64,000 bases of DNA from positions 408,750-472,749 of the IMG/VR virus record IMGVR_UViG_3300050821_013430. One strand, given 5' to 3'. The position numbers were made by a program, and so were the translations under genes. Below the pieces are notes generated by a model. The model saw only the letters and a program-made list of their open reading frames with translations. It ran no database searches and was not told the DNA's origin. This document shows, one piece after another, positions 36,177 through 46,376 of the stretch. How positions within the stretch are numbered: the first letter of the stretch is position 1; each line of letters starts with the position of its first letter.

Positions 36177-36920
36177 GTGCAGTTCCCTTACGATTCCAAT
36201 TCCATACTTGCCTATTTAGATCCCATTGATCAGTATATGATCAGAAAAGGATCGACCGTTCAGACGATCTATAATCGTGTGAATAACCAAGCGATGATAC
36301 AGCCCACTGTCGCCGCTCAGCCAACTTATTCCCTCACCGCCATGAACGGTTTGCCTGGATGGGTTTTCGACGGTACCTCTCAGAGAATTACTTTATCCTT
36401 GCCAAAAGTCGCTATCAGTAAGCCTAAGCCACTGACGCTCGCCTATGCATTGGCAAATGGTAGCAATTTCAATTTTGGATTCAATATAGGAAGCGCTACA
36501 TTACCCAACCCCCAAATCTTTTTGGGATTTGTGCCAACTAGTCTCGATGCTGTCGATAACGTGGATGTCGTTATCCAAGATGATACTGGAGCCAATGATG
36601 CAGCCTATGCTACCATTGCTGTGGATTCTAATACCCATATCGTTTCCGCCATCATTGATACTACTCAACTGACCCTGCGATTTGACGGAAAAGTAGTTGC
36701 TACTGCGCCCATTTCTTCCACGGCGGGTAATTCGATCACTTTGGATCAATTAGCTTTGGGTGATGTTTCGGATGGATCGGTAGGCGGAACTGGACACTTC
36801 TACTTCGCTGGATCAATAGGAAAGGTGATTATTGAGCAGGGTGATGTAGCCAATTTAGCCGGAGAGAAGTACCTTCTCGACTATTACAGTATTCCAGTGA
36901 ATTACGACGTACAGTTCTAA
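36177..36920 (+). CDS. LamG/ConA-like virion-associated protein
   Basis: QPTY....NGLPGWVFDG, LRFDG, FAGSIG. Confidence 0.6.
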   Translation: MQFPYDSNSILAYLDPIDQYMIRKGSTVQTIYNRVNNQAMIQPTVAAQPTYSLTAMNGLPGWVFDGTSQRITLSLPKVAISKPKPLTLAYALANGSNFNFGFNIGSATLPNPQIFLGFVPTSLDAVDNVDVVIQDDTGANDAAYATIAVDSNTHIVSAIIDTTQLTLRFDGKVVATAPISSTAGNSITLDQLALGDVSDGSVGGTGHFYFAGSIGKVIIEQGDVANLAGEKYLLDYYSIPVNYDVQF

Positions 36921-36960
36921 CGAGCGTAGGGCCTGCTAAACTTTTGGCATACTCTATAGT

Positions 36961-39900
36961 ATGACGACTCAGTTCATTATGAGGGCAAATAACCACGTGC
37001 TCAGTAAACACGTGTATTGGGCCGTTCTTGGCGCTCCTGACCCCACCGCCGCACAATCCGGTTTCAATCCAGCAGATTTGGATCTACCTGCCGTTGTAGA
37101 CTACCAGGTTCAAGTTCCAATCATTGGGACTGGTGGTGTGCTACCAGATGGCATCGCAGGCGGAGACTTAGGAGGAACTTTTCCTGATCCCAGTATTGCT
37201 GAACTACAAGGCAACCCTATTAGCGCAGCTCACCCAACTACTAACTACGTTCTAACCTGGAACGGCAGCGCCTGGGTACCATTGGCATCAGGCACTAGTG
37301 AGGCTGTTAGTGGAGATTTAGCTGGTAATCTGCCTAGCCCTTCTGTCACGGGTCTACAAGGTAGGCCAGTTAGTTCTACTGCGCCAACTACTAACTATGT
37401 TCTAACCTGGAATGGGAGCGCGTGGATACCAGAAGCCGCATCAGGTGGTGCCGGGCCGGTAGGTGGAGATTTATCTGGTAGCCTTCCTAATCCAAATGTT
37501 ATCAAAATACGAGGAACAGCAGTTTCTGGTACGGCTCCAACCGAAGGTCAAGTATTGGTGGATGTTGGTGGAACCTATACACCTACTGGCTTCCTATTCA
37601 ACATCAAAAACTATGGTGCGGCAGGCAATGGAATAGCCGATGACAAACCCTCATTTACGGCTGCGGCTGCTGCGATTGGAAGCAGCGGCACCCTTCATCT
37701 TCCTACAGGAACTTATCGCATAGGCTCGAATCTTACGATTGCCAACACTATTCGCATCAAGTTCGAAGAAGGCGCCATTATCAAACCAGACAATGGGATA
37801 ACGGTTTCATTGACCGCTATCGATGCCCGTCCCAGCCAACAAATCTTCGACGTTTCGGCGGGCGGGGCATTTCAGCTCATAGCTCCTTCATACAGCGCGG
37901 TCTCTGCTGCCGGTTTGCCCACGACCAACATCCTCTATGTCACCTGGTTCGGCGCGATAGGTAATGATTCGCACGATGATACGGCTGCGTTTCAAGCAGC
38001 AATCAACGCAGCGGGAATAGGCACTACCATCTTTATTCCTAATAGCGTCTATCCATATCTCATCTCCTCAACTCTGCGCGCATATTCGGATGCCAACGGC
38101 AGATTTGGTGGAATGTGTTTTATGGGAGAAGGCGGACCGTCAAAAGGCAGTTCGATTAGCAGCTCTGTATGGTGGAACGGTAATACAGTTACCGGGTGCA
38201 ATGCCACCATTACTCACAAGTTCGCTGGGGCCGCGCACGGAGTTCTGATTGATGGACTCTCTAATATGGCCGCGATCAATGTTGGTGATATTATCGAGTT
38301 CTGGGGCGCTCTAAATGCCGGTAACAACGGACGCTTCGTCGTATTACAAGTAAATAGCGCTACGCAAGTAGTAATCAATAATGCCGCGGCAGTACAAGGA
38401 GATACCAACGTCTCTTGGCTGCTTGAACAGAGTATGTTCGATATTCGCGCCACTGAAATACGATATAGCAACCTGATCTTTGCCGAAGCTCCCAGCAAAC
38501 GATTGACGACCCATATCAACTGGAACGTCACACCAGTAACATCGGCATTTGCAACTGGATTGGTGATTGACAAGTGTGATTTTAGTGATCAAGGAACGGT
38601 CACAACGTCTTCTACTACCATCGCCGCTGGTTCTAATGGAGCGTCACTTCCACAGGCCACCATCAATGTTGCCGCTACGGCTTCTTTTCCTAGTGCTGGA
38701 GTTTTGCTTATAGCGACGAGTACTGGTACACAATCGATTACCTATACCGGTACGAGCGGTGGCAATCAGTTCACGGGATGCACCGGCGGTACCGGCACAA
38801 TGAGTACTGGCGGAGCCGTAAATATTGGTCTTGTAGCACACGCAAAATGGGGCGTCAAGATAGGATCTTTGGTTGTTCCTCAGGTTGGATGGGGTGGCAG
38901 TCATATCATCGATACTGATGGCTATGTCGAAGTGTTTTCTCCCAGCAATTTGGAAAACTCTCACATCGTCGATTGTACCTTCACTGGCTTAGAAATGGCT
39001 AGCGTGATCATCGATAATACCAATGGCAATAGCTATCTTCATATGATGGAGAAGTGCGGTTTTGAGACAATGCCATTGGGCTTTCAAATCTCTAGTCCCG
39101 CCGGTGGACAGTTCAACTTTTATGAGTGCAGCTCTGGAACAATCTTTGATGCCGTGTATCAGTTTGGTGCTGGCAGTCAAAAACCAATGATCATCGGCGG
39201 ACATCACGAAGTTATCGGGACTTTTATCCGAGACGAAGGGTCTGGCGGATCAACCGGCTTCTCCGTAAAAGGCAACACCTTCTTCTTGGACGTGGTGAAT
39301 AACGGACAGAGCTATTACTTCATTCCAACATTCGGGGTGCCACTGGAATATATTCCATTCGGCCTCAATCCTAGCGGTTCTTTGATCACGAGCCCGGGAA
39401 GCAATATCACTGTATCGGATTGCTGGTTCGACGCGGTGCCACAAGACTACTTTATTTCGGCGGGGTTCGGTGGTAATGCCGAGAGTAATCTGATCGTTGA
39501 GAACTGCACTTTTGGCGGGCAAACATTTGCTGCGGGGATCGATCCTAATGCGGGCATCAGGCCATTCAATAGCAATACCTCTCGCAAGGGACCATATAAA
39601 CTGCGAGATGGCGATACACTAATATTCACCATCACCAGTGGGCTTACCAGTACAACTACGGCACCAGCAACGGTCACCTTCCACGCCTCCGATACGCCCA
39701 ATATCGGACGATGCTGGGGATATAATGTGGCCTATATGTTTCAGAAGGATGGATATTCAGCCGGGATCGTACCGTATGCGAGTGGTGACTCGGGTAATAT
39801 CTCCTTCATCAAAACTGGGCAACCATATACCAGTGATACGATTACCTGGTTAGGTACGACTACCATAGCAATAGGTTCTAACGGGGCCTCACTCCCCCAA

Positions 39901-41784
39901 GCGGTTATCAATGTAGCGTCTGTTACCGGCTTCCATAGCTCAGGAACGCTTGTCATTTCAACCAGCGCTGGATTACAAACGGTGTATTACACGGGAACGT
40001 CAGGAGCCACCTTTACTGGCTGCTCTGGCGGAACTGGAACAATGAGCACTGGTGGCAGTGTGACCAATGCAGCCCTACACGAACTGGGCCTTGATACGGC
40101 CAACAACTCCTTCGTTCAAGCTAACAACCCCAGCGCAGCTCATATGGCTTCTGGTGGCATAGTAGAGCTCTTTGCTGGCGAGAACCTGCACTTGGTAACA
40201 CGCAACAATGTGGCCACTTTGGACTTCACCAACTTCAATCCGCTCAATGATGTAGATATGCACTTCGGCACTCCGATTGCTGTTAGGAGCGTGGAGCAAC
40301 GAAACACCTCTACGGGCCCGAGCCTCAATGGTCTAACCTGTGCTAATCTAGGTGGAACGGTTACCTTCACCAACAATCAAGCGCAGGCATTGATTGTTTT
40401 TGACAACGTGGAGCCTGACAATGCTTACCAAATCCTAGTCAAGGACAACATAACGAATGGTTTGGTTGCGGCAGGCGCTCTTAATGCACATCCTAGTGTC
40501 TACTCTACCCGTGGCTTCTTGCTCACATTGGATCAGGCACCAGGATCAGGGACTTCTGTTTCTCACTCGTGGCAAATTCAACGAGCACCAACGACTTCCA
40601 GCGTTGATCCAGTTGATCCGACTATCATCACAGCGGCCCCATTGACTTGGTGGATCGATCCAATGTGGAACCATACTCTACAATCGACGACCATCACTTC
40701 TGGTTCTAACGGAGTGTCACTGCCAACAGGCACTATCAATGTGGTGGCTTCTTGGACTAATCCCAGCAATACCATCTATGTAACGACTAGTAATGGACCA
40801 CAACTGGTAACCTATACCGGACAATCAGGAACATCCTTTACGGGCTGCACTGGTGGAACTGGCGTGATGGCTACTGGCAATGGAGTGGTGGCAGCGGATG
40901 GATCATTGGCTACCATCGTAGATCGTTCTGCTAGTGCGGCCAATCTAACTAGCGTTCAAGTTTCCACTACCTGGCCAATCTGGGTTACTAGTCCCACACT
41001 CAATGCCTATTCTCTACAACTGGGACCCAACAACTTCCCATACTTGCGCTTCTTCGATTGCAAGGCTACCAACGGATCTTCTACACAGCATATCATTACC
41101 GGCAGTGCTTGGTATGTCTTCGTGTTGTATCGGGCAATCTTTCCGCCGAATTATCCATATTTCGGGTTCCCCAACTCGGCCGGTGGCTCCGGTGATATTG
41201 TCGCTATCAATGGAATGGACTATGGCTCCTATAACTACAGAACTGGGTTTGGTGCCAGCGCAAGGCAGGTAACCTATGCTGGCTTTACTGACTGGGTAGA
41301 TGCTGGGACAGAAGTTGCGGCGCCATCTATCGGACAATCTTTGCCACAAGCAGTTATCAATGTGGTTTCTACTACTGGTTTTGCCAGCTCGGGAACTATC
41401 TACGTGGTCACCAGCCAAGGCGCTCAAACAGTGGCCTATACTGGGAAGTCAAGCACTTCCTTTACAGGATGCACTGGTGGACTAGGTATTATGCAAACTG
41501 AAAATAGCGTTTCTACTATCTCCGGCAATACCAACTGGGAGCTGGCCGAAATCTACACTACCACCGGTGCCACCGCCCCAACTCTCAAAATCAATGGTAC
41601 CGCCGATCCATTTGTTGGCCCACCGTCTTTCGTATGGCCGGGCGCATCTAATGGGATTGGCCTCTGCATTGATGAAAACTCCTGTGATATTGGATTAGTG
41701 CTCGTCTATAACGGAGACATTACGGGGGATGCACAACTAGCTAATTTGAGAACTGCCATTAGAAACAAGTACAAGGTCTATTAA
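36961..41784 (+). CDS. large tail fibre/tailspike with pectate-lyase-3-type beta-helix and repeated modules
   Basis: GGDL.G..PNP repeats; NIKNYGAAGNG..DD and FGAIGN..DDTAAFQAAI; four ~70-aa repeats; LamG-like C-terminus. Confidence 0.75.
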   Translation: MTTQFIMRANNHVLSKHVYWAVLGAPDPTAAQSGFNPADLDLPAVVDYQVQVPIIGTGGVLPDGIAGGDLGGTFPDPSIAELQGNPISAAHPTTNYVLTWNGSAWVPLASGTSEAVSGDLAGNLPSPSVTGLQGRPVSSTAPTTNYVLTWNGSAWIPEAASGGAGPVGGDLSGSLPNPNVIKIRGTAVSGTAPTEGQVLVDVGGTYTPTGFLFNIKNYGAAGNGIADDKPSFTAAAAAIGSSGTLHLPTGTYRIGSNLTIANTIRIKFEEGAIIKPDNGITVSLTAIDARPSQQIFDVSAGGAFQLIAPSYSAVSAAGLPTTNILYVTWFGAIGNDSHDDTAAFQAAINAAGIGTTIFIPNSVYPYLISSTLRAYSDANGRFGGMCFMGEGGPSKGSSISSSVWWNGNTVTGCNATITHKFAGAAHGVLIDGLSNMAAINVGDIIEFWGALNAGNNGRFVVLQVNSATQVVINNAAAVQGDTNVSWLLEQSMFDIRATEIRYSNLIFAEAPSKRLTTHINWNVTPVTSAFATGLVIDKCDFSDQGTVTTSSTTIAAGSNGASLPQATINVAATASFPSAGVLLIATSTGTQSITYTGTSGGNQFTGCTGGTGTMSTGGAVNIGLVAHAKWGVKIGSLVVPQVGWGGSHIIDTDGYVEVFSPSNLENSHIVDCTFTGLEMASVIIDNTNGNSYLHMMEKCGFETMPLGFQISSPAGGQFNFYECSSGTIFDAVYQFGAGSQKPMIIGGHHEVIGTFIRDEGSGGSTGFSVKGNTFFLDVVNNGQSYYFIPTFGVPLEYIPFGLNPSGSLITSPGSNITVSDCWFDAVPQDYFISAGFGGNAESNLIVENCTFGGQTFAAGIDPNAGIRPFNSNTSRKGPYKLRDGDTLIFTITSGLTSTTTAPATVTFHASDTPNIGRCWGYNVAYMFQKDGYSAGIVPYASGDSGNISFIKTGQPYTSDTITWLGTTTIAIGSNGASLPQAVINVASVTGFHSSGTLVISTSAGLQTVYYTGTSGATFTGCSGGTGTMSTGGSVTNAALHELGLDTANNSFVQANNPSAAHMASGGIVELFAGENLHLVTRNNVATLDFTNFNPLNDVDMHFGTPIAVRSVEQRNTSTGPSLNGLTCANLGGTVTFTNNQAQALIVFDNVEPDNAYQILVKDNITNGLVAAGALNAHPSVYSTRGFLLTLDQAPGSGTSVSHSWQIQRAPTTSSVDPVDPTIITAAPLTWWIDPMWNHTLQSTTITSGSNGVSLPTGTINVVASWTNPSNTIYVTTSNGPQLVTYTGQSGTSFTGCTGGTGVMATGNGVVAADGSLATIVDRSASAANLTSVQVSTTWPIWVTSPTLNAYSLQLGPNNFPYLRFFDCKATNGSSTQHIITGSAWYVFVLYRAIFPPNYPYFGFPNSAGGSGDIVAINGMDYGSYNYRTGFGASARQVTYAGFTDWVDAGTEVAAPSIGQSLPQAVINVVSTTGFASSGTIYVVTSQGAQTVAYTGKSSTSFTGCTGGLGIMQTENSVSTISGNTNWELAEIYTTTGATAPTLKINGTADPFVGPPSFVWPGASNGIGLCIDENSCDIGLVLVYNGDITGDAQLANLRTAIRNKYKVY

Positions 41785-41785
41785 A

Positions 41786-43534
41786 ATGAGTATCATCTAC
41801 GATCCAATAAATATCAAAGAGTACCCATACAATGCGGTGGGCGACGGTGTGCATGACGATACCGCTGCTATTCAGGCTGCACTCAATTTTTTCAGCGGCA
41901 CCTCCAGCACGCGAAGTGGCACAATATTTTTCCCGTTTGGCATTTATAAAATCACCAGCACACTCACTTTTACTGGAAATCAAGGGGCTTCTATTAGGTT
42001 TCAGGGCGATGGAACGGGAGCGACTGCTGGCGTAACACTGCTATGGGATGGGTCATCTGGTAGCACCATGTGGAATTTTTATGGTCTGAACCAGGCTGAA
42101 TTTGATAACATCATTTTTAATGGTAATCACCTTGCTTCAACAGGACTTTGGTTTCACTATGACGCCACCAATGCCGTTGGCTCCGGTCAGGTCTTTTTCC
42201 ATAAGTGTTTTGGATATTATTGTGTGGGCACCGGCGCATCGGCAAGCAATGGATCGGCAATAATCAAATTAGGAGATAGCGCGAGCTCATTTGAGGTTGC
42301 GGGATATGTTTTCGATAAATGCACTTTTTACGGTGGAACTTACGAAAACAATGGCACGCAGGCTTGTGTAATGGCACTACAGTCTGGTCCGGGTAATACG
42401 GAGCAGTTTGCCTTCCGCGATTGCAACTTCGGATATGCTTATTACGGTTTTGAATTTGACAACGGAAACAATGAACTGATATTTGACAATTGTCAGTATG
42501 CCGCTGTTTTTGCTCCTGTGCATGCGGCCGGACCCATACATATCAAAATGCACGAATGCGCTACAGAAATAGTGAATACTGGCACTTACGCGCACCAAGG
42601 ATATTTCTTACATGGTGGATCACAATCGGCAAAAGCAATCATAGATTCCTGTGAGATAGTGATTGATGGATACAATAACGCTCAAAACGCTATTATATCT
42701 TGGGCGGGTGGGCATCTTGAACTCATAAATTGTCTTGTGGATGGTACTGGTGGTGGCAGTGGCGCGTCTAATAACACTATCGCTTCTCTCAGCGTTGCCT
42801 CAATGGGAATTAGCGGTTCCTGTTCCGTGAGCGTCAAAAAATGTGTTTGGGTCAATGTCGGAACTGGAACTACAATTCCGCAAATTCCTGTGTATGTGGG
42901 CGGGACTAATAAAACTGACTATGTAGCAGGTGATTCCGAGACTAATCGAGCGGCCATTGATCTGCATCAAAATATGGGGGCGCCATATGGCAGCAGTTCA
43001 TCATTGCTTCCAGAGTTTCAAGCATGGCCACTATCTTTTTGGACTATCGCCCCTTGGAGCAATATTACTTTCGGCGCCGCAGGACTGTCAGAGGTATATC
43101 GTGGCGAAACCAGGCAATTAACAACTTGTTATGAGATCGATTACACGGCGCTTACCGCCGCAAGCACCCAACAACAAATTACTTTGGGCACAATTCGTAC
43201 GCATCAGGGAGTTGTTCGCGTTATTATGGAAGTCGTTACTCCATTCAAGGGTGGTGCAATTTCAGCGATGCTAACCGAAGCTGGATATACTGGCGGAACC
43301 AATGCAGAATGGATTGTGAATAAGGATACTTGGACAGCTGCTGCTGTCTATGGGCTGGCAAGCGGCGATCTGGGTACGGCTCTTACTGGTACGGTACAAG
43401 GCATTGATGTTAGTGCTTGGACTACTGCAAAGGCTTTCGGATTATATTTTACAGCGACTAGCGGAAATTTGAATACTCTTACGCAGGGCAAAATAAAACT
43501 ATATGTCACTACTGAATTTGTGGATTACCTGTAG
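41786..43534 (+). CDS. tailspike-like beta-helix protein
   Basis: YNAVGDGVHDDTAAIQAA...FPFGIYKIT. Confidence 0.75.
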   Translation: MSIIYDPINIKEYPYNAVGDGVHDDTAAIQAALNFFSGTSSTRSGTIFFPFGIYKITSTLTFTGNQGASIRFQGDGTGATAGVTLLWDGSSGSTMWNFYGLNQAEFDNIIFNGNHLASTGLWFHYDATNAVGSGQVFFHKCFGYYCVGTGASASNGSAIIKLGDSASSFEVAGYVFDKCTFYGGTYENNGTQACVMALQSGPGNTEQFAFRDCNFGYAYYGFEFDNGNNELIFDNCQYAAVFAPVHAAGPIHIKMHECATEIVNTGTYAHQGYFLHGGSQSAKAIIDSCEIVIDGYNNAQNAIISWAGGHLELINCLVDGTGGGSGASNNTIASLSVASMGISGSCSVSVKKCVWVNVGTGTTIPQIPVYVGGTNKTDYVAGDSETNRAAIDLHQNMGAPYGSSSSLLPEFQAWPLSFWTIAPWSNITFGAAGLSEVYRGETRQLTTCYEIDYTALTAASTQQQITLGTIRTHQGVVRVIMEVVTPFKGGAISAMLTEAGYTGGTNAEWIVNKDTWTAAAVYGLASGDLGTALTGTVQGIDVSAWTTAKAFGLYFTATSGNLNTLTQGKIKLYVTTEFVDYL

Positions 43535-43996
43535 TTATACGTTTTTGGCTGGATAAATTTCCAAATAGACTAGAGCATCTGCGCTAGAAGTGACATAGTT
43601 ATTAGTTATGGTAAGAATCGCATTCGTGGTACTACGAGTCCAAACTGCGGTAGGTGGAGATGCGCTGCCTCCTATGCCATTAAGATCGCTACCTTGAGCA
43701 TCAGCTCCAAGTAAACCAGCGGTGCTACTATTAGCTGGGTTTACTCCTCCGCTCAAAGCTCCTGGCGTAGCGCCACTTCCCCCATAGTTAGCGACAACAA
43801 ATTCAGCTTGTAATCCCGCAGCTGCAGTTAAACCTGACGTGCCAGTATTACACATTAGAATTGTCGCCTTTAATAATACCACATAGTTTGCAGGTATCGC
43901 ATAAGTAACTGTACCTGTACCACCGCTAGCGGCAATACCAGTTAAACTGCCACCGCTGAATACCTGAAAATCTTTTCCTTGGAATGTAATGGCCAT
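43535..43996 (-). CDS. putative virion structural protein
   Basis: G/S/T/A-rich; AAGGAG SD; cluster context. Confidence 0.55.
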   Translation of the reverse strand: MAITFQGKDFQVFSGGSLTGIAASGGTGTVTYAIPANYVVLLKATILMCNTGTSGLTAAAGLQAEFVVANYGGSGATPGALSGGVNPANSSTAGLLGADAQGSDLNGIGGSASPPTAVWTRSTTNAILTITNNYVTSSADALVYLEIYPAKNV

Positions 43997-44012
43997 TTAT
44001 ATCTCCTTAATT

Positions 44013-45578
44013 TCAGACAGGAGCAATTGTGGTGATCGTTCCTGAACTTGAACGCCAATACAATGCCCCACCGCTTGCGTATAAAACACCGCCTCCCGAT
44101 GGATTGGTAGTTGGAGCGGTAGTAGCATTTGAGATACCCAATACATTCGCGCCACTGCCAAATGAAGCCGTTGTACCAATTTGTAATCCATTTGCTGTCA
44201 TTTGCATTATCGTTGCTACTGCAATCTCAAAATCCATCAATGTACCAGGAGTGTTAATTGATAGGAAAGATCCGGCAGCCTGCATAGTAAAATTACTTCC
44301 ACTAGGTGCCAAACCAGCTGCGCCTAGCCATAGCCCACCTTGTGCTCCAGCTTGTCCGGGAATAGACCCTACTGCAAATTGAAGAGAGCCATTTCGTTCC
44401 ATCCCGAAATATCCTTCAGAACCACTACCGCTCAAAGGTGGTATATTCGCAAGAACATTACCAGGGGTGCCGTTAGTGGTTGCGCCGGAACCAGCCTGCA
44501 GAATGAGATTACCGCCGGTAAGATGGGTAGATGCGGTGGCTTCCGCAGATTGTGCTTGAATAGTCATATTGATAGCGGCTACATCAGACCCCGGAGTTAC
44601 TTGGGTGATGGTGGGTGAAGCTACGGCTACACCAAATTCTACCGTACTGCCTAATAACTGAAGTGATGATTGAAGCGTCCAAAAATTAGCCAAAGTGGAG
44701 TTATAGTCAGCCACATTAGCATTGCCAGTACGTAAAATGAGCTGACCGCTAGTAGGCGCATTTAGGATTGTATATGTTGTACCATCACTGGTAAGTGTAT
44801 AGGTAGAAGAAGTTGGTGAAATAGAAGCGCCCATCCATAGGGCGGTAAACAACGATCCTGTTGTAAGAAGTCCGATTTGTGCAATTTCAGCGACACCGCG
44901 ATTGATTTTGAAATTTGCTTCAGCTCCAGCTCCACCAGGGACCTGAAGGGCGATAATAAGATTACCACCACCAAAGTCCGTAGCGTGGGCAGATTGTTGG
45001 GGCTGGATGGTGAGATCTTGTCCCTTGGTAACAGTGGATTCATTGGCTTGAGCAAGAACAGGGCCAGAAACAGTAGATGACCACTGCAATATTTGGATGC
45101 TTGTAGTTACTGATGCCGCACCTATTACAACCGCCCCTGTAGTGCCATTGGCAAGTCCTAGTTGAATAGACCCGGAACCTGATGGGGCATTCAAATAAGT
45201 ATTGCTGCCATCGCAAATCAAAGTGTAGTTAGTGCTTGTTTGAGAGGTGGCGTTGGCGCCTACAAACAAACCTGCATAGGAAGATGAGAAGCCCCATTGC
45301 CCCATCAATATTTGGGTGGTTTGTCCAGTGGAAGCCCAAATGCCACTTAAGTCCACCTTTCCATACTCTACACCACCATTTTGTAGAGAAATTTTACCAG
45401 CAGTTCCTGCACCTACGGGCGCAGGAACATTTAGTATGATATTACCGGGGGTTCCTGTTGAAGCCTGTGAAGTAATAGTTAAACTGGTCGCAGAAACAGA
45501 TGAAGTAGAAGCCTGATCAACCGTTGCGGTTACAGTACTACTCCATTGTATTTCATGATCTGTTAGTTGTATTGTCAT
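44013..45578 (-). CDS. tail-fibre-like protein
   Basis: Repeated QWSST...I..Q...GGNLIL units; C-terminal PSGGGVLYA..GALYWR. Confidence 0.65.
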   Translation of the reverse strand: MTIQLTDHEIQWSSTVTATVDQASTSSVSATSLTITSQASTGTPGNIILNVPAPVGAGTAGKISLQNGGVEYGKVDLSGIWASTGQTTQILMGQWGFSSSYAGLFVGANATSQTSTNYTLICDGSNTYLNAPSGSGSIQLGLANGTTGAVVIGAASVTTSIQILQWSSTVSGPVLAQANESTVTKGQDLTIQPQQSAHATDFGGGNLIIALQVPGGAGAEANFKINRGVAEIAQIGLLTTGSLFTALWMGASISPTSSTYTLTSDGTTYTILNAPTSGQLILRTGNANVADYNSTLANFWTLQSSLQLLGSTVEFGVAVASPTITQVTPGSDVAAINMTIQAQSAEATASTHLTGGNLILQAGSGATTNGTPGNVLANIPPLSGSGSEGYFGMERNGSLQFAVGSIPGQAGAQGGLWLGAAGLAPSGSNFTMQAAGSFLSINTPGTLMDFEIAVATIMQMTANGLQIGTTASFGSGANVLGISNATTAPTTNPSGGGVLYASGGALYWRSSSGTITTIAPV

Positions 45579-45579
45579 T

Positions 45580-46365
45580 TTATTCTACATAGATTACGTA
45601 AAGATATCCGGAACCGCCCGTCCCACCAGAACCAGCAGCAGTACTTGCAGCAGCCTGAGCTCCGCCTCCTCCAGCCCCCGCTCCGGTATTAGCAGAAGCA
45701 TTGGTACCATTATTAGCGGTCCCGGAGCTTACGCCAGCACCACCATTACCTCCTGGGCCAGCGGCTCCAGCACCTCCGCCCCCACCTCCTCCGGCGTTAT
45801 TACTTGGTCCGGTGCCATTTCCCGGTGTTCCACCTGCAAATCCTCCAACAGGATTGGAAGCGCCATAACCACGGCCGGTACCGGAAATATCTGCCCAGCC
45901 CCCTCCAGCAGGATGAATTGTTATAGCGAAAGTGGTGAAACCATTTGTATCAGTATGGGCATTCCCGCCAGCCGTACAGCCTCCGCCTTGAGCAACTGAA
46001 AATGCCTGTCCAGGACCGCCTTGACCGCCACTAGCGCCACCAAAAGTAGCCAAGCTTCCAAAAGTAGTGCTTGCTCCGTCGTTACCTACACCCCCACCTT
46101 GTGGAGGACCAGAAGCGCCTCCATTGGCGCCTCCGGCACCACCACCACCAATTGTGATAGTATAAGTAGTGTTAGATACAACTGAAACATGGGCCGTTGA
46201 TTGGAGCGCACCGCCACCACCCGCGCCACCAGGTAGACTTGTGCCGTTACACGCGCCCGCACCGCCACCTCCGCCTCCGCCGCACCCAATTAATAAAACT
46301 TCCGTTATTCCTGGTGGAACTTTCCAGGTAGTAGTGGTGGTAAAATATAATTTTGTTAGAGGCAT
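45580..46365 (-). CDS. glycine-rich tail-associated protein
   Basis: WKVPPGIT.V...GGGGGG...YTITIGGGG; start ATG 46365. Confidence 0.7.
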   Translation of the reverse strand: MPLTKLYFTTTTTWKVPPGITEVLLIGCGGGGGGGAGACNGTSLPGGAGGGGALQSTAHVSVVSNTTYTITIGGGGAGGANGGASGPPQGGGVGNDGASTTFGSLATFGGASGGQGGPGQAFSVAQGGGCTAGGNAHTDTNGFTTFAITIHPAGGGWADISGTGRGYGASNPVGGFAGGTPGNGTGPSNNAGGGGGGGAGAAGPGGNGGAGVSSGTANNGTNASANTGAGAGGGGAQAAASTAAGSGGTGGSGYLYVIYVE

Positions 46366-46376
46366 TTCATTTCTCC

